Source: a virus (taxonomy: Duplodnaviria > Caudoviricetes). From it: a stretch of 37,796 nucleotides of DNA. Of the stretch, positions 9,713-18,258 are shown one piece after another. The notes under the pieces are model-generated. The model made no database searches and was not told the DNA's origin. It saw only the letters and a program-made list of their open reading frames with translations. Both the position numbers and the translations under genes were made by a program. The stretch's first letter is position 1. Every line of letters begins with the position of its first letter. The DNA is taken from positions 1 through 37,796 of IMG/VR virus record IMGVR_UViG_3300017700_000616, one strand, 5' to 3'.

Positions 9713-11925
9713 TGGCGGAAGAGGGCCGCAAGTGGCGCATCACTCTGGAGGATGGTCGCGTTCTTGATCTGAACGCTGACCAGTCGATTCGTGATGCCCG
9801 TAGCGCTCGTGAATATGCTCAGCGCTGGGCCGCAATCAATCCAGCGGGCGAGGAAATTTCGACCTACAATGTCCGCTTGGGTGACGGTCGTGTGTTGCCT
9901 GTTCCGGCGACCTCGGAAGAGGCTGCGGCCCGCTTTGTCGAAGAGGTTTACACGCCTACTGGACGTGCCGTCTCTGACGCTCAGAACCGCCTCTCCAACG
10001 CCCACCTTGGGATTGATGGGGAATCTACCGGGCAGTGGGACTTTATAGATCAGGCGTCCAATGCGGCCACCCTTGGCCTTACCCGCCAAACCAATGCTGG
10101 CATCGCGGCTGGTATCGCGGGCCTCCAAAACCTTGGCGAGCGTCTTGGTATCGGTGAGGGTGCGGGTTACAGCGCGGGCGATGCTTACAACGCTTCCCGT
10201 GCTGCTGAAAACATCGCGCAAAGCGAATGGGAGCGCGCAAATCCGGCTCAGGCCATTGGCGGGGGCCTGCTAGGTGGGGCCGGAGCGCCGGGCGTAGCGG
10301 CGGCAGGAAAGTTCGTCACCGGGGCTCGTGGCGCTGGCGGCCTACTCTCCCAAAGCCTTGGCGGTGTTGCGGCGCGATCTGGCGCTGTAGGGGCGGGCTA
10401 TGGGGCAACCCAGGGGCTCCTGAACTCGGCTCCCGGTGATGAGGTCGGTTCGACAGTCCGTGGTGGTATCGTCGGCGGGGTGGTTGGTGGGGCTGTTCCG
10501 ATTGCCGCGCGCGGGGCAACTGCTGCGGCTCGCTTTACCGGTGCGGATCAAATCCCGGCAGTCCTCAATCGTGCGACTGGTGGTCGTATCCCGATGCTGA
10601 ACGGCTCTGTCGAGCGCCGCAATATCTCACGTCTGGTTGAGACGATGCGTCAGGATGGCATCAGCGAAGATCAGATCAGGGAGAATGTTGCGGAGGCCGT
10701 GCGTCGTGGCATTACGCCCAACCTTCTGGACGCTATCGGCCCGAACGCTACCCGAACCCGCGCCTTGATTGTCGGGGCCGCACAAGCTCCCGGACGGGGG
10801 ATGACGGCTGGCGCTCAGTACGCCAATGAGGTTCGCGGCTCGCTTCAGGACGAAGCTGTCGGACAGGCTTATCGGCTCACTCCCGGAGAGACGCGCACGG
10901 CTGCTGCCTACTCGGATGATCTTGGCCGCACCAACCGCCAGCTTGCGGATGAGCTTTATGCCGAACCGTACCGTGAACGCGTCTCGCTGACGGATGAATC
11001 GCGCCGAGCCCTTGACGGCATGGGGCCTCAAATGAACGCGGCCCGTCAGGAGTCGTCCTTCCGCTTCCCGGATCAAGCCCAAGACATTGGAGCGCTGGCT
11101 AACGGTGGAGCTGATGATGTTTCGGCGGCGGCTCTGGACCGCATCAACCGCCAGATCGGGCAGGCGGGACGAAATGCGGGCCTTCCGGGGGACAACCAGA
11201 ACCTTGGCCTAGCTGCTGACTACGGAGCGCGATCAGGGGCGCTGAATGAGGTCTTGGACAACGTGCCGGGCCTGCTTCCCGCTCGCTCGACCTACAGGGG
11301 CTATGCGGCGGCTCAAGAGGGTGTTGAGGAAGGTCTGGGCGCTCTGCGTCCGCAAACCCGACCGGCTGACTACATCGACAATCTGGATACGCTTCAGCGA
11401 ACCGAAGCCGCGTCCGAAATGGGGGCGGGGATTCCGCTTCCTAGCACGCGTGAGGCGGCGGGTGTTGGCTTGCGTGACACTATCGTTCAGCAGCTCGGCG
11501 GCGCTCGTGAAGGCGCTGTGGGGCCGCTCAACAACCTCGCTGGTCGGGCTGAGTCGAACAACGCGCGTCAGGTTCTTGAGGCGACCTATGGTCCCGAAGC
11601 TGCCGATCTGTTTCAGGGCGGCATGGGGATTCTGCGTGACCGTGGGGCGATGGCTAACTTCATGGACTCCACGCGCGGAAGCCCTACGGCTGGCCGTTTG
11701 ACTGCTGGCGGCATGGCGGACGCGCCGGGTATCCCTGCGACCCTTCAAGCGGCCATGGGCTTGCTTAGCAAGATTCGTCGCGGCGTTACTCTGACCGATG
11801 CTGACCGGGAGGCTATCGTTCAACTCGGGACGCGCTTCGGCCAGATGCCGCCTCTCAACCTTGGACCGCGCGGCGCTCCGGTTAGCGGGCCAGCCGCACC
11901 CATTCTGTCTCAACAGGTGGAATGA
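9712..11925 (+). CDS. Large internal virion / DNA transfer protein
   Basis: 737 aa, G/A-rich hydrophobic glycine-zipper segments, GSPTAGR motif; last of the ejection cluster. Confidence 0.65.
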   Translation: MAEEGRKWRITLEDGRVLDLNADQSIRDARSAREYAQRWAAINPAGEEISTYNVRLGDGRVLPVPATSEEAAARFVEEVYTPTGRAVSDAQNRLSNAHLGIDGESTGQWDFIDQASNAATLGLTRQTNAGIAAGIAGLQNLGERLGIGEGAGYSAGDAYNASRAAENIAQSEWERANPAQAIGGGLLGGAGAPGVAAAGKFVTGARGAGGLLSQSLGGVAARSGAVGAGYGATQGLLNSAPGDEVGSTVRGGIVGGVVGGAVPIAARGATAAARFTGADQIPAVLNRATGGRIPMLNGSVERRNISRLVETMRQDGISEDQIRENVAEAVRRGITPNLLDAIGPNATRTRALIVGAAQAPGRGMTAGAQYANEVRGSLQDEAVGQAYRLTPGETRTAAAYSDDLGRTNRQLADELYAEPYRERVSLTDESRRALDGMGPQMNAARQESSFRFPDQAQDIGALANGGADDVSAAALDRINRQIGQAGRNAGLPGDNQNLGLAADYGARSGALNEVLDNVPGLLPARSTYRGYAAAQEGVEEGLGALRPQTRPADYIDNLDTLQRTEAASEMGAGIPLPSTREAAGVGLRDTIVQQLGGAREGAVGPLNNLAGRAESNNARQVLEATYGPEAADLFQGGMGILRDRGAMANFMDSTRGSPTAGRLTAGGMADAPGIPATLQAAMGLLSKIRRGVTLTDADREAIVQLGTRFGQMPPLNLGPRGAPVSGPAAPILSQQVE

Positions 11926-12016
11926 CGGCATGAACAAAGCCTTTTACCCCGATGTAAACCGGAATCATGATTGCGGCAAAAACCGCCCACCAAACAATCG
12001 TCCTTAGCGCTTTCAT
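11882..12016 (-). CDS. 44-aa single-TM peptide, candidate superinfection exclusion protein (not in ORF track)
   Basis: MKALRTIVWWAVFAAIMIPVYIGVKGFVHAVIPPVETEWVRLAR; basic N-terminus plus TM helix; promoter placed for a leaderless mRNA. Confidence 0.55.
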   Translation of the reverse strand: MKALRTIVWWAVFAAIMIPVYIGVKGFVHAVIPPVETEWVRLAR

Positions 12017-12022
12017 GTGCTA

Positions 12023-12051
12023 ACTCTGCCTTATTAGAGAAAGTTTGCCAA
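12023..12051 (-). promoter_or_regulatory. Sigma70-type promoter for the leaderless peptide
   Basis: TTGGCA-N17-CAGAGT on the minus strand, ending 6 nt before ATG 12016. Confidence 0.45.
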
Positions 12052-12446
12052 TGCCTCGCGCTCTCCCGCTTCCCGCCACAAGCACTCAGGCCGATTTTAC
12101 GACCATAACTCTGAACGCCGATGGGACGACGCGGAGCGCTCCGTCTGTCTCAGCGCCCGCGTCGTCTCAAGACGTTGGCCGCGCAACGCTGGCGACCTCA
12201 CAGATCACGATTGGCACGACCGCGACCCTGATTGCAGCGGCCCGGGCCGGGCGAGGGAGCATCAAGGTCACCAACACGGGAACAACCGTGGCGTTTCTTG
12301 GCAACTCGACCGGAGTCACCATCACGACTGGCGACTATCTGGCAGGAGCGGTCGGCGCGGCCAATACCTACGGCTATCAAGGCGCCCTCTATGGAATAGT
12401 CGCGACCGGGACTGCCGTGGTTACGGTTTCGGAAGTTTACGGATGA
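12051..12446 (+). CDS. Small virion protein (beta-sandwich)
   Basis: T/A/G-rich; VTNTGTTVAFLG...LYGI pattern; in the tailspike module. Confidence 0.6.
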   Translation: MPRALPLPATSTQADFTTITLNADGTTRSAPSVSAPASSQDVGRATLATSQITIGTTATLIAAARAGRGSIKVTNTGTTVAFLGNSTGVTITTGDYLAGAVGAANTYGYQGALYGIVATGTAVVTVSEVYG

Positions 12447-12895
12447 GCCAGTCTTCTTCGGTTCCGCCGCCTACTCCGTCCAACTTTGTTCCGCCGAGCG
12501 AGGGCGGTGGTCAGGTCGGTTCTGATTCGGCCATGTTTGCTCGCGCGGACCATCAGCACCCGCGCCTTACCTCAGCAACGCCAGTGACGCTGGACGCTAA
12601 TGGGGAAGGCACCGTTACCTTTTCCCGGACGTTCTCGTCTCCTCCGATGCCTGCATTTACGCGTGTTCCTCCCATTTCTGGCGGCCCATGCGTGTTTGAG
12701 GTTTACGAGTGGATTCCGTCTTCAGGCTCTCCTGTGACGGGAGCCAAGGTTCGGGGTTATCGCCTGTCGGGGCCGCAAAACCTCGCCGCCGTGACGGTCC
12801 TCGGGATCAGCGTAGCTGTCGGCGGACAGACCCTTGTTTCCTACGGCCCAGCCAACGGCGTGACGGTTTCCGTTATCGCCCTACAAGCCAGTTGA
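12443..12895 (+). CDS. Tail-associated protein
   Basis: FARADHQHP fibre-type motif; ATGA coupling. Confidence 0.55.
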   Translation: MSQSSSVPPPTPSNFVPPSEGGGQVGSDSAMFARADHQHPRLTSATPVTLDANGEGTVTFSRTFSSPPMPAFTRVPPISGGPCVFEVYEWIPSSGSPVTGAKVRGYRLSGPQNLAAVTVLGISVAVGGQTLVSYGPANGVTVSVIALQAS

Positions 12896-12905
12896 GGGGT
12901 CCACA

Positions 12906-14693
12906 ATGGGCGTGACGCCAGACCAACTTATCCAAGCCTCCAACATCGAGGCTGACGACCTTTTTGTTACGTGGAGGGCCAGCGGTCCCCTGAAGTCTTT
13001 CCCGGCTTCTGGGCTGTTGGATTACATCGGCGGCAACAAGCTTGATCTTGACGGCGATAACGTCGGCGGTAGCGCCCCTACGCTTCTTGCGAACATCGGA
13101 GCCTTGGGAAGCGCCAACAATCTTTCTGACCTGAACAATGCCGACACCGCGAGGACCAACATTGGCGCTGTCGGGTCGGCAGAACTGGCGGACGATACCG
13201 GAAGCGACCTTGTCGGCTATCGTCAGAACATGCTCGCTATGACGGTTTCGGCGGCGCTGAATAGCGGACCAATTTACGCCAGCCGAGCCGGACTGGTTGC
13301 GGGCGGAAGCGGCTCCGCGTCTGCCAATGTCACCAAGATCAACGCGGCGATTGAGTTTGCCAGAACAGAGCAGCGCGGGGCGTTTGTAAACGACGTTGAC
13401 AACTTCTACCTAGATCAAAATATTGTCGTTCCTACCGGGGCGGATAATGCAGTACGGTTGACCGGCTACGGTGAAGACGGGCCTCGAATCTGGTTCACCG
13501 GATCGGCTGTAACCAAGGGCTTTGACATTACGGGGCCTAACACCGGGGGGACCTACGCCTATGCCGGTGGCGTGTTCGGAATGAACATCATTGGCACGAG
13601 CGGGGCCAAGCGAGGAATCACCTGCCGCGATCTTAATCACCCCGTCATCATGGACTGTCAGGTTCGGCAATTTGATGGGGCGGGAATCTATATTGACGGC
13701 TGCATTATGCCGTTTGTCGGGCTCTCTCGCCTCTTTGGGTGTGGCAATGCCTCTGAACATGGTTTGGTGGTCACTGGGGACCAAGCGGAGGGGTCGGGGG
13801 TCGGGAGCGTAACGACTCACTTTATGTGGCTGCATAACCGTATCAACGGCGCGCTGGGGGCTGGCGCGACTACCAAGATTGGTGGCCTCGCGATTGATGC
13901 TGTGCAGGGCTACAAGGTCATTGGCGGGAACATTGAAAGCACCGGACAGCCAATTTCGATTGCGAACAAGACGGCGGCGACCAGAGGATGCACGAACGGA
14001 CTGATACAAGCTATCGGGATGGAGAACCCCGGAAACGGCAATGCATTGATCGACGTAGGGCGCGGATGGACCGGGGGCGGCACGGGCGCTGGCGTCATTA
14101 ATCTCGTTCTCATGAGCGTGAACGCGTCTCCCTCTGGAACGACATCTGGCACCCACGCCCTTCGCGCCGAGAACCTGAGTGGGCTGGAAGTGATCGCCTG
14201 TCGCATGGGTTTGGCGGCGGGTGCGACCTCCGCATTCGAGTTTGTCGGAACCACCAATACCCGAAACGTCGTTCGGGCTTGCGGAGGCTCTTACGGAGAT
14301 ACCCTACCTTGGGTGCGGGTTAACAGCGCGCAGGAACCCTTGGCGACCCCCCTCCGCGATTGGAATCAGTCCAGCCCTGAGCTGATCCAAAGTAGCATCA
14401 CGGTCACTGGAGCAACGCCTTCGATCTCTCCCCTTGCGTCACAAGGCGGAGCCCACAACGTCGTGCGCCCAAACAACGGGTCGGCAACGAATATGACGAA
14501 CATGACGCCCATCGCGACGAGCAAGATCGTCACGATGATGGCAACGAACGGAAATACGACAATCAAACACCTAGCAGGGGGAACGGGTCAGTTTTCGCTA
14601 ACAGCGGCGGTTGACTTGGTAATGACGGCAAACAAGCCGTATCAGTTCATCGGTAACCCCGGTACGGGTCACTGGACTCAGATCGGCTCTTAA
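12906..14693 (+). CDS. Tailspike / receptor-binding protein with predicted beta-helix (depolymerase-like)
   Basis: ANNLSDLNNADTARTNIG and GSDLVGY anchor motifs, then INAAI and a repetitive G/N/I-rich body. Confidence 0.75.
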   Translation: MGVTPDQLIQASNIEADDLFVTWRASGPLKSFPASGLLDYIGGNKLDLDGDNVGGSAPTLLANIGALGSANNLSDLNNADTARTNIGAVGSAELADDTGSDLVGYRQNMLAMTVSAALNSGPIYASRAGLVAGGSGSASANVTKINAAIEFARTEQRGAFVNDVDNFYLDQNIVVPTGADNAVRLTGYGEDGPRIWFTGSAVTKGFDITGPNTGGTYAYAGGVFGMNIIGTSGAKRGITCRDLNHPVIMDCQVRQFDGAGIYIDGCIMPFVGLSRLFGCGNASEHGLVVTGDQAEGSGVGSVTTHFMWLHNRINGALGAGATTKIGGLAIDAVQGYKVIGGNIESTGQPISIANKTAATRGCTNGLIQAIGMENPGNGNALIDVGRGWTGGGTGAGVINLVLMSVNASPSGTTSGTHALRAENLSGLEVIACRMGLAAGATSAFEFVGTTNTRNVVRACGGSYGDTLPWVRVNSAQEPLATPLRDWNQSSPELIQSSITVTGATPSISPLASQGGAHNVVRPNNGSATNMTNMTPIATSKIVTMMATNGNTTIKHLAGGTGQFSLTAAVDLVMTANKPYQFIGNPGTGHWTQIGS

Positions 14694-14711
14694 CCCACAA
14701 GGAGATTGAAA

Positions 14712-14816
14712 ATGACCGACGAAGGCCAAGTAACCACCCCTCCAGTTCCGCCCCCGCCGCCACCTCCTCCCCCTCCTCCTCCGACCAACCCGCCGAAACC
14801 TAAGGAAGTCGATTGA
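14712..14816 (+). CDS. 34-aa polyproline peptide (not in ORF track)
   Basis: AAGGAG SD; MTDEGQVTTPPV-P12-TNPPKPKEVD; mixed CCN codons; stop overlaps the TTG start of the next gene. Confidence 0.75.
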   Translation: MTDEGQVTTPPVPPPPPPPPPPPPTNPPKPKEVD

Positions 14817-15307
14817 TTCTGACGGCCTATTTCGTCTGTCTGGGCTTAGCTCTCTGTCTCGCCCTTTTCAGGTCGGGACGGTTTGCCGCTGTCTTGCTGG
14901 CGTCATGGGCCGTCATTTTCGCCTTAGAGCGTGGAGGGTTAGGCGTCATCATGCCCTATCTTGATGGGCTGACCTTCTACGCTCTTTTGCTTCTGACACT
15001 AGGCTCGCCCAACCGGAGGTATATCGTCTGTACGCAACTAGCCGCGCTCAAGCTGTTGTTGCACATGGTTTTCAACGGGGTTGCCTATGCAACCGGCGGG
15101 TGGTGGACAGAACTTGGTCAGGCGCTCGCACTCGCGTATATGTGGAGCTTGAACGCGGACTTTCTCGCGATGGCTGTTTCTCTGATTTGGGGGATGAATG
15201 TACGATCCGTCGTGGGAATGTTTCTTGCGGGCTACCGGAGCCTTTTTGGTGTGCCTGCCCGGTTTCATCGGCCTAGCCGTGCGTCTCTTGAGGAAGAGCG
15301 GACGTGA
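14813..15307 (+). CDS. Multi-pass membrane protein of unknown function
   Basis: About five hydrophobic segments; TTG start coupled to the polyproline ORF. Confidence 0.7.
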   Translation: MILTAYFVCLGLALCLALFRSGRFAAVLLASWAVIFALERGGLGVIMPYLDGLTFYALLLLTLGSPNRRYIVCTQLAALKLLLHMVFNGVAYATGGWWTELGQALALAYMWSLNADFLAMAVSLIWGMNVRSVVGMFLAGYRSLFGVPARFHRPSRASLEEERT

Positions 15308-15630
15308 ATGATCTTTTCAGTTTCGAGAATTGGGTCACGTTCTGCGCTGCCTTTTGCGGTGCGCTATGGGGGGTAAGCCTGCAATTCGATTTCAAGGAAA
15401 TAGACCTGCGAGCGAAGTGCTGGCGGGTCTTTCTCGGTTTCATCGCGGCTCTATGTCTCGGGCCGGGCGTTCTGCATTGGAAGTTTCAGAACGCGGGACT
15501 TCCGATGGCGACGGGCGTTATGTTCGGAACGGGTGTGGCGGCGCTGTTCATTTTGCCCGTGATTGTTCGACGTATTCAACTTCTGGCCAAGACAGGCAAG
15601 CTATGGGGATTGCCCGAGGACAAACAATGA
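15304..15630 (+). CDS. Holin-like 3-TM membrane protein
   Basis: Three hydrophobic helices, basic C-terminus, upstream of the endolysin. Confidence 0.55.
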   Translation: MNDLFSFENWVTFCAAFCGALWGVSLQFDFKEIDLRAKCWRVFLGFIAALCLGPGVLHWKFQNAGLPMATGVMFGTGVAALFILPVIVRRIQLLAKTGKLWGLPEDKQ

Positions 15631-16004
15631 AACTCCGAGAGCTTCACCGGGACGCGTGGATTTTGATTGGCTTCGGCGCTCTGTCGGCCATCTTCCTCGT
15701 CTTCTTCCTCATCTGGCCGTTTGAGCCGATGACCTCCCTAGCGGTGGCTGCTGCCATCCTTAGGGGTTCTCTCCTAACCATGACCGGACTAGCCGCGTGG
15801 TGCCTGCCTCTGTCCTACGCAAAGCGCGTCGGTCTGGCTGGAGCAACGGTGGGGATGTTCATGTCCACGCAAAGCCTCCTGATCCCCCACACGCCGTGGG
15901 AGGGTTGGTCCTACATCATTTCCACTAGTGGCTGGCTGATCTACGCCTTGGCGACGTTCGGTGTTGAGGTCTGGGCTCGCATAATGCGGCTGGGCCACCG
16001 ATGA
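15627..16004 (+). CDS. 4-TM membrane protein in the lysis cassette
   Basis: Likely start MKLRELHRDAW at 15627 (ATGA overlap); four hydrophobic segments. Confidence 0.6.
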   Translation: MKLRELHRDAWILIGFGALSAIFLVFFLIWPFEPMTSLAVAAAILRGSLLTMTGLAAWCLPLSYAKRVGLAGATVGMFMSTQSLLIPHTPWEGWSYIISTSGWLIYALATFGVEVWARIMRLGHR

Positions 16005-16255
16005 AACTTCCCAAGCTTGATTCTCGCGGCTGGCTGGCGCTCGCCTCTGTGGCGATGCTGTCGGGTGCTTTTGCGGCTCTTCTGTTCATCAGGATTCCCG
16101 ATGAGAACCGGGACCTTGTTATTGCCATTGCGTCGGGCGTGATCGGATCGACTTTCAAGGACGTTTACGGCTTCTTCTTCGGCTCATCAAAAGGGACCGT
16201 TGAAGCTAATGAGCGGACGGACGCCGTTCTGTCCGCGACAGAGGAACACAAATGA
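16001..16255 (+). CDS. Holin-like 2-TM protein
   Basis: Two TM segments, IPDENRDLV loop and VYGFFFGSS motif; directly before the endolysin. Confidence 0.65.
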   Translation: MKLPKLDSRGWLALASVAMLSGAFAALLFIRIPDENRDLVIAIASGVIGSTFKDVYGFFFGSSKGTVEANERTDAVLSATEEHK

Positions 16256-16833
16256 CCAAAGCCAGCGACAACGAAGCCTTCGTAAGAGCTTTCCAGAGGG
16301 CTAACGGGCTCCGGGAGGACGGATGGGCCGGAAAGGATACTTTCGGGGCTCTAGGGGATGTTCCTGAGGCTTCTACGGACATTCCTGATAGCTACTGGCC
16401 ATTGCTCGCCAAGATCGAGAGCGCCAACCGGCCCTATGTGAAGGCCGCTTCGTCCAGCGCGTCGGGTCTGTACCAATTCATCAAGGCGACTTGGATTGGC
16501 GAGGGCGGTCAGTGGGGGCCGAACCCGAAGGAGGCTTTCGGGGGCCTTAAGCCGTCTGTCGAGGAGCAACTAAAGCGCGCCAAGACCTTCACCGAAAAGA
16601 ACGCCAAGGTCCTGCGAGACAACCGAATCCCGATCAATGCAGCCTCGCTCTACGCGGCACATTTCTTCGGAGTCGGAACCGCTGCGAAGGTCATCAAGGC
16701 TGACGTGAACGCCAGAGCCGATCTAATCGCTGGTGATGCGGCTACCAACGCCAATCCCTCGATCCTGAAGGGCAAGACGGTCGGGCAGTTCCTGACGTGG
16801 CTACACGGGAAGACGGGCGCGTGGGCTCGGTGA
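16252..16833 (+). CDS. Endolysin (short PG-binding domain plus lysozyme/lytic transglycosylase fold)
   Basis: VRAFQRANGLREDGWAG PG-binding motif; IES, SASGLYQF and LYAAHFFG catalytic-fold motifs. Confidence 0.85.
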   Translation: MTKASDNEAFVRAFQRANGLREDGWAGKDTFGALGDVPEASTDIPDSYWPLLAKIESANRPYVKAASSSASGLYQFIKATWIGEGGQWGPNPKEAFGGLKPSVEEQLKRAKTFTEKNAKVLRDNRIPINAASLYAAHFFGVGTAAKVIKADVNARADLIAGDAATNANPSILKGKTVGQFLTWLHGKTGAWAR

Positions 16834-16898
16834 GTTATAACGAGTTTATCGAGCTTACCTTATAACTCGCTAACTTCGTTATAAACGCAGCAGGTAAG

Positions 16899-16931
16899 AA
16901 AAAGGCCCCACCGGACGAATCCAATGGGGCC
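16899..16931 (-). terminator. Intrinsic terminator of the antisense moron gene
   Basis: Minus strand ggcccca...gga-TTCG-tcc...tggggcc followed by TTTTT. Confidence 0.7.
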
Positions 16932-16938
16932 GATAAAA

Positions 16939-17313
16939 CTACTCTTCTTGTTCAGCCTCAGGTTCTGCCCTAGACGAAACCAAAACCGTGCCCGTCTTTG
17001 GCAGAGTCGAGCTATCTCCCCGTGTTTCGTATAGGTTCCGAAGCGGGTAGGGATCATAGGGGGAGTAGTTTGACTCTAGACTAAATCCGGCACCGCCCAG
17101 AACGCTTGCCATTCCCTTGTTTGCCTTGGCCAAGGCGTCGGCCATTTCGAACGCCAAACGGGCGTTTACCCCGTCGCCTAGAGAGCGCGATTTTCCGTTC
17201 ACGAATTCTACGACAGACCAGACCTCGTGAGGGATGACCGTATAGCGGGGAACCTCAGGATGCTCGTCTTGGATAGAGCGTTGGGGCAGTTTTCCGTTTT
17301 CATGCAGACGCAT
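16939..17313 (-). CDS. Hypothetical protein (moron inside the lysis cassette)
   Basis: GAAAGGA SD before ATG 17313, own terminator, opposite strand to flanking genes. Confidence 0.65.
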   Translation of the reverse strand: MRLHENGKLPQRSIQDEHPEVPRYTVIPHEVWSVVEFVNGKSRSLGDGVNARLAFEMADALAKANKGMASVLGGAGFSLESNYSPYDPYPLRNLYETRGDSSTLPKTGTVLVSSRAEPEAEQEE

Positions 17314-17354
17314 TGTGGTTCCTTTCAGGAACGTGTGGCCGCAAAATCGCAGCG

Positions 17355-17383
17355 GTGACATTCTCCCCCATTCCCGCTACTCT
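17355..17383 (+). promoter_or_regulatory. Putative promoter for the spanin genes
   Basis: GTGACA-N17-TACTCT followed by AAGGAG SD. Confidence 0.45.
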
Positions 17384-17407
17384 GTGAAGACCTAAAGGAG
17401 AGACGAC

Positions 17408-17710
17408 ATGATCACCCTACGCGGCTGGATCGCTCTAGGCATCATCGCCATCGTCCTTCTTGGCGTTGGAACCTGCACCTACCAGAAGCATCGTGCAGAC
17501 CGTGCAGAAGCCCGCCTAGCCCCCGCTAAAGCCTCTGTAGAGGCATTGGACAAGGTAGCGACTGAAACCCCAGTCATTCGACAAGAGCAAGCGGAGAAAG
17601 AGCGTGAAGTTGAACGTATCGAAGGCGCGGATCAGCGCTTGCCTGATGGCTTTGGCCGCGAGCTTCAGCGCGTCCGCGTGCGCGACAAGTCCTCGAATCG
17701 CAATCCCTGA
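17408..17710 (+). CDS. Inner-membrane spanin (Rz-like)
   Basis: N-terminal TM helix then charged helical domain; overlapped by a lipoprotein gene. Confidence 0.7.
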   Translation: MITLRGWIALGIIAIVLLGVGTCTYQKHRADRAEARLAPAKASVEALDKVATETPVIRQEQAEKEREVERIEGADQRLPDGFGRELQRVRVRDKSSNRNP

Positions 17711-17885
17711 AAGCCTGAAAGCCCCCTGCACCTCGACCGTTGACGTATCGACGGCAGAAACGGTTGGGGACCTCGGGCGTGCTCTGGTTCAGAGCGACGG
17801 CGATCTAGCTTTGTGCAGCCTGAAGAAGCAGGCGATTGTAGAGATCGCTGAATCAGGCAATCGACGCTGGTGGAATATCTTCTAA
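17604..17885 (+). CDS. Outer-membrane spanin lipoprotein (Rz1-like)
   Basis: Signal peptide ending in lipobox ASAC, then IPESLKAPC; different frame overlapping the Rz gene. Confidence 0.75.
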   Translation: MKLNVSKARISACLMALAASFSASACATSPRIAIPESLKAPCTSTVDVSTAETVGDLGRALVQSDGDLALCSLKKQAIVEIAESGNRRWWNIF

Positions 17886-17995
17886 CTCAAAACCGACTGC
17901 ACAATCCTGAAAGCCCCTACCCAGAACCAAGCCAGATAGGCCAAGGCTAGAAGGCCGACTAACACCCGTAGAGATATGCTGATGGCGTGCCTCAT
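17882..17995 (-). CDS. 37-aa single-TM peptide, last gene of the leftward arm (not in ORF track)
   Basis: MRHAISISLRVLVGLLALAYLAWFWVGAFRIVQSVLS; ATGA overlap with the upstream gene. Confidence 0.55.
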   Translation of the reverse strand: MRHAISISLRVLVGLLALAYLAWFWVGAFRIVQSVLS

Positions 17996-18258
17996 TCTCC
18001 CTTCCCTTCATCGTCCAAACGGGCCCTGAGGATGGCGTCATGGCGCGCGATGAAGTCGAAAGCCGCCTCGACCTCGAATGAGCGCGGCGCGACGTGCGAC
18101 ATGGCGCGAAGGTGCTTGATGGCCTCGGCCTCCACCTCCCCCGCTACAGGCTCTCGGAGAAGGCGGGCGGCTTCGGTGAGCACCCTGTTTTCAGAGTCGC
18201 AATAACCATGAAAAGTCATGGTCTCCAGCTTGTCAGCCAGTTCCCGGCGGTTGGTCAT
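17992..18258 (-). CDS. Hypothetical protein
   Basis: MTNRRELADKLE start with ATGA coupling. Confidence 0.55.
   Translation of the reverse strand: MTNRRELADKLETMTFHGYCDSENRVLTEAARLLREPVAGEVEAEAIKHLRAMSHVAPRSFEVEAAFDFIARHDAILRARLDDEGKGE

Noticed and set aside
14739-14783. C-rich tract as a microsatellite, i-motif or assembly artefact
   Set aside because: Variation is confined to third codon positions of an ORF with a strong SD, so it is better explained as polyproline coding
15330-15626. N-terminal extension of the 224-aa ORF 15330-16004
   Set aside because: Overlaps the holin-like gene in another frame; the ATGA-coupled start at 15627 is more plausible
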